In this document: positions 9,146 to 18,123 of the stretch, piece after piece
How the letters are laid out: each line of letters begins with the position of its first letter
Numbering within the stretch: the first letter of the stretch is position 1
NCBI GenBank assembly: GCA_037133055.1
Contig: JBAXOY010000014.1
Coordinates: forward strand, 1-39,626
Direction: 5' to 3'
DNA from: Chlamydiota bacterium
Lineage (GTDB): Bacteria; Auribacterota; Tritonobacteria; UBA1439
DNA: 39,626 bases
Notes under the pieces: generated by a model
The model's input: only the letters and a program-made list of their open reading frames with translations
Databases searched by the model: none
Told to the model about the DNA's origin: nothing
Made by a program: the position numbers and the translations under genes

Positions 9146-9973
9146 TCACTCGCCGTCTTCCTCTTTGGGATTTGGGATTTGGGATTTGGGTTTTAACTTC
9201 TCTCTGATCCTCTCTATGGAAACCGCCTTCCCCGTCGCCTCGTCCGCCCTGACGAGGACCCCCTGGAACTCCACCCCCTCGCGCGCCACCTCGAACCGTT
9301 CGGGGAGCTGTGTCACGAAGTGCCTGACCACCGCCTCGATCTCCCGCCCGAGGACGGATTCGCACGGCCCGGTCATCCCCGCCTCCGTGATGTACGCGGT
9401 CCCGCCCGGGAAAAGCCGCTCATCGGCGGTCTGCACGTGCGTGTGGGTCCCGACGACCGCCGTCACCCTGCCGTCAAGATAGCGCCCGAGGGCGATCTTT
9501 TCAGAGGTCGCCTCCGCGTGCACGTCCACAACGATCAGCGCTGTCTCGGCCCGCAGGGCCTCGACCTCGCGCGCAGCCGCCCTGAAAGGGCAGTCGGCCG
9601 GCTTCATAAACACGCGCCCGATCACGTTGACCACCCCGATCTTCGCCCCGCACGGGAGGGAGATCGTGACACGTCCCTTCCCCGGCGCGTCCTCGGGGTA
9701 ATTCGCGGGCCTGAGGAGCCGCTCCTCCCGGCCCATAACCCGGAACACCGCCTTGTTTCTCCAGATATGGTCGCCGGAGGTGAGCACATCCACCCCGGAG
9801 CCGAGGAGCTCCTCGACGATCTCCGGGGTCACCCCGGAGCCCCCGGCGGCGTTCTCGGCGTTTGCGATGACGCAGTTGACGCCATGGCGCTTCCTGAGTC
9901 GCGGGACGAGAACCCTGACGGCTTCCCTCCCCGGCTTCCCGACGATGTCACCCCCGAAAAGTATGGTGATCAC
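9146..9973 (-). CDS. ymdB: YmdB-like metallophosphoesterase (TIGR00282 type)
   Basis: Motifs GDIVGKPGR, NAENAAGG, TSGDHIW, RPANYP, DVHAEATSEK and GTHTHVQTAD; follows rny as is usual. Confidence 0.92.
   Translation of the reverse strand: MITILFGGDIVGKPGREAVRVLVPRLRKRHGVNCVIANAENAAGGSGVTPEIVEELLGSGVDVLTSGDHIWRNKAVFRVMGREERLLRPANYPEDAPGKGRVTISLPCGAKIGVVNVIGRVFMKPADCPFRAAAREVEALRAETALIVVDVHAEATSEKIALGRYLDGRVTAVVGTHTHVQTADERLFPGGTAYITEAGMTGPCESVLGREIEAVVRHFVTQLPERFEVAREGVEFQGVLVRADEATGKAVSIERIREKLKPKSQIPNPKEEDGE
9164..9191. repeat. Heptamer tandem array (TTTGGGA x4), copy 2, inside the ymdB 3' end
   Basis: TTTGGGA TTTGGGA TTTGGGA TTTGGGT, translated as PKSQIPNPK. Confidence 0.85.
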
Positions 9974-9992
9974 ACGAGCCCCTTCCCTCACG

Positions 9993-10037
9993 GTTCAAGC
10001 CGTTCAAACAGTTCAAGCGGTTCAAACAGTTCAAGCC
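9993..10037. repeat. Tandem 9-bp array (5 units, alternating) between rny and ymdB
   Basis: GTTCAAGCC GTTCAAACA GTTCAAGCG GTTCAAACA GTTCAAGCC. Confidence 0.85.
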
Positions 10038-10049
10038 GCGAAACGACTT

Positions 10050-10088
10050 CTCCGTGTGCCTCCGTGATCTCCGTGATGAGGCAGTACG
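10050..10088. repeat. CTCCGTG-type 9/10-bp array, copy 1
   Basis: CTCCGTGTGC CTCCGTGAT CTCCGTGAT GAGGCAGTACG. Confidence 0.75.
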
Positions 10089-10104
10089 TGGTGTGCCATC
10101 CGTC

Positions 10105-11676
10105 TCACTTCGCGTATTCCACGGCCCGCGTCTCCCGCACCACGACCACCTTGATCTGGCCGGGGTACTCGAGCTCCTCCTGTATCTTCTTGGTGACGTC
10201 CCGGGCGATCTGGGCCGCCTCGTTGTCCCCGACCTTGTCCGGCTCCACCATGACCCGGATCTCGCGCCCCGCCTGAATCGCGTAGGCGTGGTGGACGCCG
10301 CGGAAGCCGAGTGCGATCTTCTCCAGATTCTCAAGGCGCTTGATGTAGGCCTCGATCGACTCGGAGCGCGCCCCAGGCCGGGCCGCGGAGATCGCGTCGC
10401 CCGCCGAGGCGAGTACCGCGTGGATCGTCGACGGCTCGACGTCGTTGTGGTGCGCCGCGATCGCGTGCACAACCTCGGCCGATTCGCCGTACCGCTTGGC
10501 GATGTCGGCGCCGATCGTCGCATGCGCCCCCTCGACCTCGTGGCCCACCGCCTTCCCGATATCGTGCAGGAGGCCGATGCGCTTCGCGGCCTGGATATCC
10601 TGCTTCAACTCGGCCGCCATGATCCCCATCAGGCGGGCCACCTCCTTCGAGTGCTGGAGCACGTTCTGCCCGTAGCTGCTCCTGAACTTGAGCCTCCCGA
10701 GGAGCTTGACGAGCTCCGCGTGGAGGTCGTGGATGCCGAGGTCGAAGGCGGCCTGCTTCCCGGTCTCGCGGATCGCGTCGTCCATCTCCTTCTTGACCTT
10801 CTCCACGATCTCCTCGATTCTGGCGGGGTGGATGCGCCCGTCCGCGATAAGCCGCTCGAGCGTGATCCGCGCGATTTCCTTGCGTATCGGATCGAAGCCC
10901 GAGAGAGCCACGGCGCCCGGCGTGTCGTCGATGATGACATCCACCCCCGTGGCCGCCTCGAGGGCCCTGATGTTGCGCCCCTCGCGACCGATGATGCGCC
11001 CCTTCATCTCGTCGTTCGGGAGGGGCACGCTCGTGACCGTCGTTTCGGAGACCTGGTCGGCGGCGTAGCGCTGGATGGCCAGGGAAATGATCTTCTTCGC
11101 CTGCTTGTCCGCGGTCTCCTTCGCATCCTCTTCGATGCGCCGCGCCATGGTCGCGGCGTCGCGCCTGATTTCGTCCTCGAGCTTGCTGAGGAGGAGCTGC
11201 TTCGCCTCGTCTCTGCTCAGGCCCGCGACCTTCTGGAGGCGCTTCCGCTCCTCCTCGATGATCGCGTCGAGCTCGTTCTGTTTTTCCGCGGCCCTGCGCT
11301 CCCGCTCATCGAGGTCCCGCTCGGTCTTCGCCAGCATCTGCTCCTTCTTCTCGATGAGGCTCACCTTGCGCTCGATGTTCTCATCTTTCTGCAGGACGCG
11401 CTGCTCGATGGCGATGAGCTCCTTGCGCCGGTTCTTCGTCTCCTTCTCGAACTCCGTCCGGGACCGGTGGAGTTCGTCCTTCGCGAATATCTCCGCCTCT
11501 CTCGACTTGTTGTTGGCCTCGCGCTGCGCGTCATCGAGTATCTTCTTCGCCTGGGACTCCGCGTCGGAGAACCCCTTCTCGGCGGCATAGCGCCTCATGA
11601 CATACCCCGCCCCCACGCCGACGGCGGTGCCGATCAGCGTGAGCGCGATAAACTGTTCCTGCAGGAAATGCAGCAT
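10105..11676 (-). CDS. rny: Ribonuclease Y
   Basis: N-terminal TM helix, coiled coil, KH domain (MKGRIIGREGRNIR), HD domain (SYGQNVLQHS, LLHDIGK), ISAARPGAR and AIQAGREIRV. Confidence 0.97.
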   Translation of the reverse strand: MLHFLQEQFIALTLIGTAVGVGAGYVMRRYAAEKGFSDAESQAKKILDDAQREANNKSREAEIFAKDELHRSRTEFEKETKNRRKELIAIEQRVLQKDENIERKVSLIEKKEQMLAKTERDLDERERRAAEKQNELDAIIEEERKRLQKVAGLSRDEAKQLLLSKLEDEIRRDAATMARRIEEDAKETADKQAKKIISLAIQRYAADQVSETTVTSVPLPNDEMKGRIIGREGRNIRALEAATGVDVIIDDTPGAVALSGFDPIRKEIARITLERLIADGRIHPARIEEIVEKVKKEMDDAIRETGKQAAFDLGIHDLHAELVKLLGRLKFRSSYGQNVLQHSKEVARLMGIMAAELKQDIQAAKRIGLLHDIGKAVGHEVEGAHATIGADIAKRYGESAEVVHAIAAHHNDVEPSTIHAVLASAGDAISAARPGARSESIEAYIKRLENLEKIALGFRGVHHAYAIQAGREIRVMVEPDKVGDNEAAQIARDVTKKIQEELEYPGQIKVVVVRETRAVEYAK

Positions 11677-11689
11677 GGTCGCTTCCCTC

Positions 11690-12382
11690 CTATGGTTCGT
11701 GATAACAGCGTCCGCCGTCCCACCGGGAACCCGGCGGACGCTGTTTCACCTGGTCGAGTGTAGCCCGTATCCTTCCGCAGTCGATCGTCCTCTCCTCGGT
11801 CACGAGCATGTCCATCAGGACATCCCGCGGCCCCGCGGCGATGCGGGGCAGGAGCTGCGCCTCGTACGAGAGCCCTATCTTCGGCGCGCGCGGCCCGGCC
11901 GCGGCGAGCAGGGCGTCGTAAAACCCCCTTCCCCATCCGAGGCGGGTCCCCCGCGGATCGAACCCGACGCCGGGGACGATGAAAAGGTCGATTTCACCCG
12001 GCAGGGCGCCCGCGGCGTCTCCGCTCCGCGGCTCGGGTATGCCGAAGCATCCGATCTCGAGGTCCGCGTCGAAGTCCCGTATCCACCACGCCTCGATGCG
12101 CCCGGTTGCCCGGTCGCAGCGCGGCAGGGCGACCCGCGCTCCCCGCTCGAGGCACTCCCGTATGATCCCCCCCGTCTCCGCTTCGCCCCGGACCGCCGCG
12201 TAGCACATGACGCGCGCGGCGGTTCGGTAGGAGTTCAGGGCGCGAAGGCCGGCGGCTATCCGCGCGCTGTAGTTCCTCCGGCGCTCCACGGGGATCGCGC
12301 CCCGCTTTTCCAGGAGGAGGGCGCGAAGGCTGCTTTTCTCATCTTCCCGGGCATGCCCCACGATCATCTCCGTGCCCATCAT
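11690..12382 (-). CDS. ygfA: 5-formyltetrahydrofolate cyclo-ligase
   Basis: Motifs FGIPEP, DLFIVPGVGFDPRGTRLGWGRGFYD and DMLVTE. The start (12382 or 12379) is uncertain. Confidence 0.9.
   Translation of the reverse strand: MMGTEMIVGHAREDEKSSLRALLLEKRGAIPVERRRNYSARIAAGLRALNSYRTAARVMCYAAVRGEAETGGIIRECLERGARVALPRCDRATGRIEAWWIRDFDADLEIGCFGIPEPRSGDAAGALPGEIDLFIVPGVGFDPRGTRLGWGRGFYDALLAAAGPRAPKIGLSYEAQLLPRIAAGPRDVLMDMLVTEERTIDCGRIRATLDQVKQRPPGSRWDGGRCYHEP
11704..11745. promoter_or_regulatory. Perfect 14-bp inverted repeat just upstream of rny
   Basis: AACAGCGTCCGCCG (11704-11717) pairs with CGGCGGACGCTGTT (11732-11745). Confidence 0.55.
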
Positions 12383-12399
12383 CAGTCGATCTTCCCCTG

Positions 12400-12484
12400 C
12401 GTATCGGCGAACCGGCGAGTGGGAGAACCGGCGCAACAGTAAAACTATAAAGTCGCCCGCTCGCCCTTTCGCCCGCTCGCCCTT
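12400..12484. repeat. Bipartite inverted octamer-array element, copy 3
   Basis: CGTATCGG CGAACCGG CGAGTGGG AGAACCGG, then a 21-nt spacer, then TCGCCCGC TCGCCCTT TCGCCCGC TCGCCCTT. It abuts the rarA stop codon. Confidence 0.85.
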
Positions 12485-13804
12485 TCATTTTTTTTTACTC
12501 TTACGCCACATATCGAGCCGCCTCCCGATGATCTTCTCGTAGCCGCTCGCCCACGGGGTGTAGAAGCGCGTCTCGGCCGGGGCGAAGGCGGGATCCCCGG
12601 TCTCTCCCCGGGGGCCATGCCCGTACGTGTAGCCCTTCCCCCTTCCGAGCTTCGCCGCCCCCGCGTAGCCCGTCCCCTTCACCGCGTCGGGCACTTCCAT
12701 GGTGGGGCGGGTGCGCACCGCATCGAGCGCCTTTTCGATGCCGAGATAGGCGGCGTTGCTCTTGGGCGCGCAGGCGACGTAGACCGCCGCCTGGGCGAGC
12801 GGTATCCGCGCCTCCGGCATCCCGACGAACTCGAGCGCCTGCATCGCGGCGCTCGCGACGAGGATCGCATGGGGATCGGCGTTCCCGACGTCCTCGGCCG
12901 CGCAGATGATGATCCGCCGCGCGATGAACCGCGGATCCTCTCCCGCGTGGATCATCTTGGCCATCCAGTAGAGGGCGGCGTCCGGGTCGCAGCCCCGCAT
13001 GCTCTTGATGAACGCGGAGATGGTGTCGTAGTGTCCGTCCTCGTCGCGGTCGTACACGACCGCCTTCGACTGGACCGAATCCTCCGCCTCCCTGAGCGTC
13101 ACACGCACGCTCCCGTCCGCGGCCGGGGGAGTCGTGAGCGCAGCCCTCTCGATCGAGTTCAGCGCCCGGCGCGCATCACCCTCGCACGTATTGAGGATGT
13201 GATCGAGCGCGTCATCGTCCACGGCGACCCGCATCTTCCCGAGGCCGCGCTCCGTATCCGCAAGCGCCCGCCCGATGACGACGCCGAGGTCCTCCTTCTC
13301 GAGCGGCTTGAGCTCGAAGAGGAGCGAGCGCGACAGCAGCGGGGCGTTGACGTAGAAGCACGGGTTGTGGGTCGTGGCCCCGATCAGGGCGATCCCGCCC
13401 CGCTCGACGTGGGGCAGCAGGACGTCCTGCTGCGCCTTGTTGAATCGATGGATCTCGTCGATGAAGATGGTGGTCTTCTCGCCCCTCTCCCTCATGCGGT
13501 TCCCCGCGGCGTAGATCGCGTTGCGGAGAATCTCCACGTTGGCCATCACCGCGCTGATCCTCTCGAAACGGCTGTGGGTCGCCCGGGAGATCACCTCGGC
13601 GAGCGTCGTCTTCCCCGAGCCCGGCGGCCCCCAGAGGATGAGCGAGCCGATCCGGTCGGACGCGATCGCGCGGGAGAGGAGCCTCCCCGCGCCGAGGATG
13701 TGCCGCTGCCCCTGGAACTCATCGAGCGTCCGCGGGCGCATCCGCGCCGCGAGCGGCTCCTGAGCGGCGGGGGCCTCCCCTGAGAGCTGTTCGAACAGGT
13801 CCAT
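12485..13804 (-). CDS. rarA: Replication-associated recombination protein A (RarA/MgsA AAA+ ATPase)
   Basis: Motifs [52 protein letters not shown] and EDVGNADP. Confidence 0.95.
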   Translation of the reverse strand: MDLFEQLSGEAPAAQEPLAARMRPRTLDEFQGQRHILGAGRLLSRAIASDRIGSLILWGPPGSGKTTLAEVISRATHSRFERISAVMANVEILRNAIYAAGNRMRERGEKTTIFIDEIHRFNKAQQDVLLPHVERGGIALIGATTHNPCFYVNAPLLSRSLLFELKPLEKEDLGVVIGRALADTERGLGKMRVAVDDDALDHILNTCEGDARRALNSIERAALTTPPAADGSVRVTLREAEDSVQSKAVVYDRDEDGHYDTISAFIKSMRGCDPDAALYWMAKMIHAGEDPRFIARRIIICAAEDVGNADPHAILVASAAMQALEFVGMPEARIPLAQAAVYVACAPKSNAAYLGIEKALDAVRTRPTMEVPDAVKGTGYAGAAKLGRGKGYTYGHGPRGETGDPAFAPAETRFYTPWASGYEKIIGRRLDMWRKSKKK

Positions 13805-13809
13805 TATTG

Positions 13810-13837
13810 AAATCCCGAACCCCAAATCCCAAATCCC
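13810..13837. repeat. Heptamer tandem array, copy 3, at the rarA RBS position
   Basis: AAATCCC GAACCCC AAATCCC AAATCCC. Confidence 0.8.
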
Positions 13838-13882
13838 AATAATGCGGCGCCGCGGAAGGCCGCTGAAAGAAAGGCAGGAGGC

Positions 13883-16279
13883 CTACCTGATCTCGCATCC
13901 CTCTTCGCCGAGCGCGGCACGGATCCGCTCCATCGCCGCCGCGATCTCTTCGTCCGTGAGCGTGCCCTTCGACGAGCGCAGCCGGACGGAGAAGGCGAGC
14001 CCCTTTTTGCCCGGCGATATCTGGACGCCGGTGAACAGGTCGAACAGCGTCACCGACTCCACCAGTTCGGGCACGGCGCCGCGCGCGCGGGCGATGAGGC
14101 GGGCCGCCTCCATGCCCTCGTCCGCGACGACGGCGATATCCCGCCGTGCCGCGGAGAATCCGGGGAGCGGGCGATAGCGCTTCGCGGCGGTGAGCGCCGG
14201 GAAGAGCGGATCCGCGTCAACCTCCGCGAAGATGACGCGTCCGCGGATGCCGTGCGCCTCGGCCACCCGGGGATGGATCTCCCCGAGATATCCCCACGGA
14301 GCGTCCCCCAGACTCAGCGAGGCCGAACGGCCCGGATGGAAGCCGTCGCGCGCGGCAGCCGTTGCGCGGATCTCCAGCCCGCTCCCCTCAATGAGGGATT
14401 GGAGGGCGCCCTTCAGGAAGAAATAATCGGACTCCCTTCCGGGGGCGCACCAGTTCGCCGGCGCCGCAAGGCCGGTCGCGGCGACGGCAAGCCTCTCCCT
14501 CTCGACGGGCGGCGCGCCGGCTTCCGACGGGCTGAACACCGAGCCCAGTTCGAAGAGGCGCACGTCGTGGTTCCCCCGCGAGGCATTGAGCCCAAGGCAG
14601 CGCATCATGGAGGGGAGCATGCTTGTCCTCAAAAGCGAGAGTTCCTCGCTCACCGAGTTTTTCAGGCGCACGGCAGCCCGAAGCGGATAGGCGTCGCCCC
14701 ACATGAGCCGGTCCATCTCCGCCGCGCCCATGAAGCTCAGGGTGATCGCCTCTGAGAACCCGAGCGCGCACAGGGCTTCCCTCACCCGCGCCCTTCCGCA
14801 CCCCCGCGAAAACCCTTCAGCGCCTGCGGCATCCCCGGACGGGGGCACCGGATCTATCCGGTCGTAGCCCCGAAGCCGCGCGATCTCCTCGACAAGGTCG
14901 ATCTCCCGGCGAAGGTCCACGCGCCGGGTGGGCGGGGTGACCTCGATCACCGTGTCGCCGCGCTCCCGGCATTTGTTCCCGAGGCGCCCGAGGCATTCGG
15001 ATGCTTCCCCCCGGGTTATCTTCGTGCCCAGAACGGCATTGAGCCGCCCCACGCAGAGGGTGATCGCCGGGGGGCGGGGAGGCGGGGAGGCGCACTCGAT
15101 CACCCCCGCGCACACGCGCCCGCCGGCGAACTCGGCGATGAGTTGCGCCGCCCTCTCGAGCGCCGGCGCCGTCCCGTCGATATCGGTGCCACGCTCGAAC
15201 CGGTAAGATGAATCGCTGGAGAGCCCGAGCGCCTTCGAGGTGCGCCTCACCGACTCCGGCTTGAAGCAGGCGCTCTCGAGAAGGATCTCCACGGTGCCGG
15301 GGCCGACCTCGCTCGCGAGCCCCCCCATGACGCCGGCGACGGCGACCGGCCCCTTCTCATCCGCGATGACGAGCATCTCCCCGCAAAGCCCCCGCTCCCT
15401 GCCGTCGATCGTGACGATCGCCTCGCCGGGTTTCGCCGTGCGCACCGTCACCCGCCCCCCTTCAAGCTTCGCGAAGTCGAATGCGTGGAGCGGCTGGCCG
15501 TATTCGAGGAGCACGTAGTTCGTCGCGTCCACAACCGCGTTGATCGCACGCACGCCCGCAAGGCCGAGCCTCCGACGCATCCAGAACGGGGAGAGGCCGG
15601 GGTGGATCCCCTCGATCAGGCGCGCGGTGTAGCGGGGGCACAGATCCCCCCGCTCGACCGTGACCCGGGCGCGCGCGGCGGCCGGGCCGCCCCGCTCCTC
15701 GACGCGCGGGCGGGGAACCCTCAGCGGGACTCCGAGCAGCGCCGAGACCTCACGCGCGATACCGATGACGCTCAGGCAGTCGGGGCGGTTGGGGGTGACA
15801 TTGACGTCGAGGAGCCAGTCGTCGAGGCCGAGCGCCCCGTGGAGCGGGACGCCCGCAGGGAGGTCCGGCCCGAGGAGCATGATCCCGGCGGCGTCCTCGC
15901 CGAACCCGAGCTCGCGCTCGGAGCAGAGCATCCCCTCCGAGGCGACCCCGCGCAGCGTCGTCTTCTTGAGGACGGTCCCGTCGGGGAGCGTGACGCCGGC
16001 AACGGCGAGCGGGGCGGATTCCCCCGCACGGACATTCGGCGCGCCGCAGACGATGGTGAGCTCGCGCGTCCCGTCGCTCACCCGGCAGAGGGAGAGGCGG
16101 TCGGCGTTCGGGTGCCGCTCGACGGAGAGGATCTTCCCCACGACAAGCCCCGCGGGGCCGGGGTCAAGCCTGGTCAACGTCTCGACCTCGAGGCCTGCGA
16201 GGGTGAGGCGCTCGGCGAGCTCGGGGGGATCGAGCGTCACGTCCACGAACTCCCTGAGCCAGTTGTAGAGTATTTTCAT
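13883..16279 (-). CDS. pheT: Phenylalanine--tRNA ligase beta subunit
   Basis: Motifs HPNADRL, VTPNRPDCLS, GQPLHAFD, RFERG and REIDLVEEIARLRGYD, plus an FDX-ACB C-terminus. Confidence 0.97.
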   Translation of the reverse strand: MKILYNWLREFVDVTLDPPELAERLTLAGLEVETLTRLDPGPAGLVVGKILSVERHPNADRLSLCRVSDGTRELTIVCGAPNVRAGESAPLAVAGVTLPDGTVLKKTTLRGVASEGMLCSERELGFGEDAAGIMLLGPDLPAGVPLHGALGLDDWLLDVNVTPNRPDCLSVIGIAREVSALLGVPLRVPRPRVEERGGPAAARARVTVERGDLCPRYTARLIEGIHPGLSPFWMRRRLGLAGVRAINAVVDATNYVLLEYGQPLHAFDFAKLEGGRVTVRTAKPGEAIVTIDGRERGLCGEMLVIADEKGPVAVAGVMGGLASEVGPGTVEILLESACFKPESVRRTSKALGLSSDSSYRFERGTDIDGTAPALERAAQLIAEFAGGRVCAGVIECASPPPRPPAITLCVGRLNAVLGTKITRGEASECLGRLGNKCRERGDTVIEVTPPTRRVDLRREIDLVEEIARLRGYDRIDPVPPSGDAAGAEGFSRGCGRARVREALCALGFSEAITLSFMGAAEMDRLMWGDAYPLRAAVRLKNSVSEELSLLRTSMLPSMMRCLGLNASRGNHDVRLFELGSVFSPSEAGAPPVERERLAVAATGLAAPANWCAPGRESDYFFLKGALQSLIEGSGLEIRATAAARDGFHPGRSASLSLGDAPWGYLGEIHPRVAEAHGIRGRVIFAEVDADPLFPALTAAKRYRPLPGFSAARRDIAVVADEGMEAARLIARARGAVPELVESVTLFDLFTGVQISPGKKGLAFSVRLRSSKGTLTDEEIAAAMERIRAALGEEGCEIR

Positions 16280-16300
16280 ATCTGTAATGGCGCCACAATA

Positions 16301-17320
16301 TTATCTGAACTGTTCCAGGAACCGCACGTCGTTCTCGAAGAAGAGCCGTATGTCGTCGATGCCGTACCTGAGCATCGCGATCCGCTCGACGCCCATGCCG
16401 AACGCGTACCCGGTATACCGCTCCGGGTCGTAGCCGACCGCCTCGAAGACCGCCGGATGGACCATGCCAGCCCCGAGTATCTCGATCCAGCCCGAGCCCT
16501 TGCAGACGCGGCAGCCCCCGCCGGCGCAGATGACGCAGGAGATGTCGATCTCGGCGCTCGGCTCGGTGAAGGGGAAGAAGCTCGGACGAAAGCGGAGCTT
16601 CGCGCCGGCGCCGAACATGCGCCGCACGAAGAAGCCGAGCAGGCCCTTGAGCTCCCCGAAGCTCACCCCCTCCCCGACCGCCAGCCCCTCGACCTGGTGG
16701 AACATCGGGGAGTGCGAAACGTCGCTGTCGCAGCGATAGACGCGCCCGGGCATGATGCACCGGAGCGGGGGCTTCTGCCGCTGCATGACCCTCACCTGCA
16801 CGGGGGAGGTGTGTGTGCGGAGAAGCAGGTCGTCGGTGACGTAGAGGGTGGCCTGCATGTCCCGGGCGGGGTGATCCGCGGGAAAGTTGAGCGCCCCGAA
16901 GTTGTACCGGTCGGATTCGACCTCGGGGCCCTCCTCGATGGCGAAGCCGAGCCCGGTGAAGATCTCGGTGATCCGCTCCATGACCAGGGAGACGGGATGA
17001 CGCGCGCCGCGGGGCAGGGGAACGCCGGGAAGGGTGACGTCGATGGTCTCGCGCAGGAACTCCCCCCGTTCATCCCGCTGCCGCAGCGCGAGGCCGCGTG
17101 CATCGAGAAGCCCGGAGAGATCGCTTTTCAGGCTGTTGACCGCCTGCCCCGCGGCGGGCCGTTCCCCGGGGGGAAGACCCCCCAGTCCCCTGAGCATGGC
17201 GGTGATCTCGCCCTTGCGCCCGAGGAACCTGACCCTCAGTGCCTCGAGGGCTTCGCGGTCCGGGCATTCGTCGATGAGGCGGGCGGCTTCACCACGGAGC
17301 GCTTCTATTTTGTCTTTCAT
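16301..17320 (-). CDS. pheS: Phenylalanine--tRNA ligase alpha subunit
   Basis: Motifs HPARDMQ, LLRTHTSPVQ, HSPMFHQVEG, FRPSFFPFTEPSAE and AFGMGVER. Confidence 0.97.
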   Translation of the reverse strand: MKDKIEALRGEAARLIDECPDREALEALRVRFLGRKGEITAMLRGLGGLPPGERPAAGQAVNSLKSDLSGLLDARGLALRQRDERGEFLRETIDVTLPGVPLPRGARHPVSLVMERITEIFTGLGFAIEEGPEVESDRYNFGALNFPADHPARDMQATLYVTDDLLLRTHTSPVQVRVMQRQKPPLRCIMPGRVYRCDSDVSHSPMFHQVEGLAVGEGVSFGELKGLLGFFVRRMFGAGAKLRFRPSFFPFTEPSAEIDISCVICAGGGCRVCKGSGWIEILGAGMVHPAVFEAVGYDPERYTGYAFGMGVERIAMLRYGIDDIRLFFENDVRFLEQFR

Positions 17321-17543
17321 GTGCAGCCGGGCAGACCTCTCGATCGGGAATGCCTGGGCTGACAGAAGGCGCGGGGAGCGAAACGTACGCGGCAGACCGG
17401 TTCAGCGCGCGGACGCGCACGGCCCTATCCGGGGAGCGCATCGCCCGGCGCCTCGCTGGTCTCGCGCGCGGGTGTTCGGTCTGTATGGTAAACGGAGCGC
17501 ATGCTCTCCCTCGTCGATGGCTTTCTGTTGCCCTTCTCCCGCT

Positions 17544-17903
17544 CTAGTTATTCCCTGTTCCCCGGGCGACCTTCACCAGTTCCCTGAAAACATCCCTGTC
17601 GCGCACCGCCAGGTCGGCCATGACCTTGCGGTCGAGCGCGACCTCGGCCTTTTTCAGGCCGGCGATGAACCGCGAATAGGAGAGCCCCTCCGCCTTGCAG
17701 GCCGCCCCTATCCGGGTGATCCACAGACCGCGAAAATCACGCTTCCGCACCTTGCGGTCCCTGAACGCGTATGCAAGCCCCCGTTCGACGGCTTCCGTCG
17801 CGAGCCGGATCAGGCCCCCCCGCGCGGTGCGGTACCCCTTCGCGCGCTTGAGAACCCTCCTCCTCCTCTTCCTGGAAGTAGGGGCGGTTTTTACCTTGAC
17901 CAC
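17544..17903 (-). CDS. rplT: 50S ribosomal protein L20
   Basis: Motifs [28 protein letters not shown] and [13 protein letters not shown] start after GGAGAGGAGG. Confidence 0.97.
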   Translation of the reverse strand: MVKVKTAPTSRKRRRRVLKRAKGYRTARGGLIRLATEAVERGLAYAFRDRKVRKRDFRGLWITRIGAACKAEGLSYSRFIAGLKKAEVALDRKVMADLAVRDRDVFRELVKVARGTGNN

Positions 17904-17925
17904 GTGATCCTCCTCTCCACCCTTC

Positions 17926-18123
17926 TCACCCGTACGGCATGACTCTCTTCAGCATATTCTGCTCCACGGGATTGATGACGCTGGTTCCCCGGAGCTTCCT
18001 TTTCCGGTTGCGGCTTTTCTTGGTCATGATGTGGCTTGTGCAGGCGAGCTTCTTTTTAAACTTGCCCCGCCCCGTCCTCTTGAACCGCTTCGCCGCCGAG
18101 CGGTTTGTTTTCATCTTTGGCAT
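17926..18123 (-). CDS. rpmI: 50S ribosomal protein L35
   Basis: [18 protein letters not shown]...[11 protein letters not shown], 65 aa. Confidence 0.96.
   Translation of the reverse strand: MPKMKTNRSAAKRFKRTGRGKFKKKLACTSHIMTKKSRNRKRKLRGTSVINPVEQNMLKRVMPYG

Noticed and set aside
12383..12484. 6S RNA at its usual position upstream of ygfA
   Set aside because: The gap is only about 100 bp and is filled by a repeat element found three times in the window; too short for 6S.
2184..13837. CRISPR or guide-RNA array interpretation of the repeats
   Set aside because: Units are 7-10 bp and directly tandem, with no series of unique spacers and no cas-like genes.
17321..17543. T-box or Phe leader-peptide attenuator upstream of pheS
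   Set aside because: No T-box GGTGGNACCGCG sequence and no terminator with a U-tract. The small minus-strand ORF (MRSVYHTD..., 25 aa) has no Phe codons.
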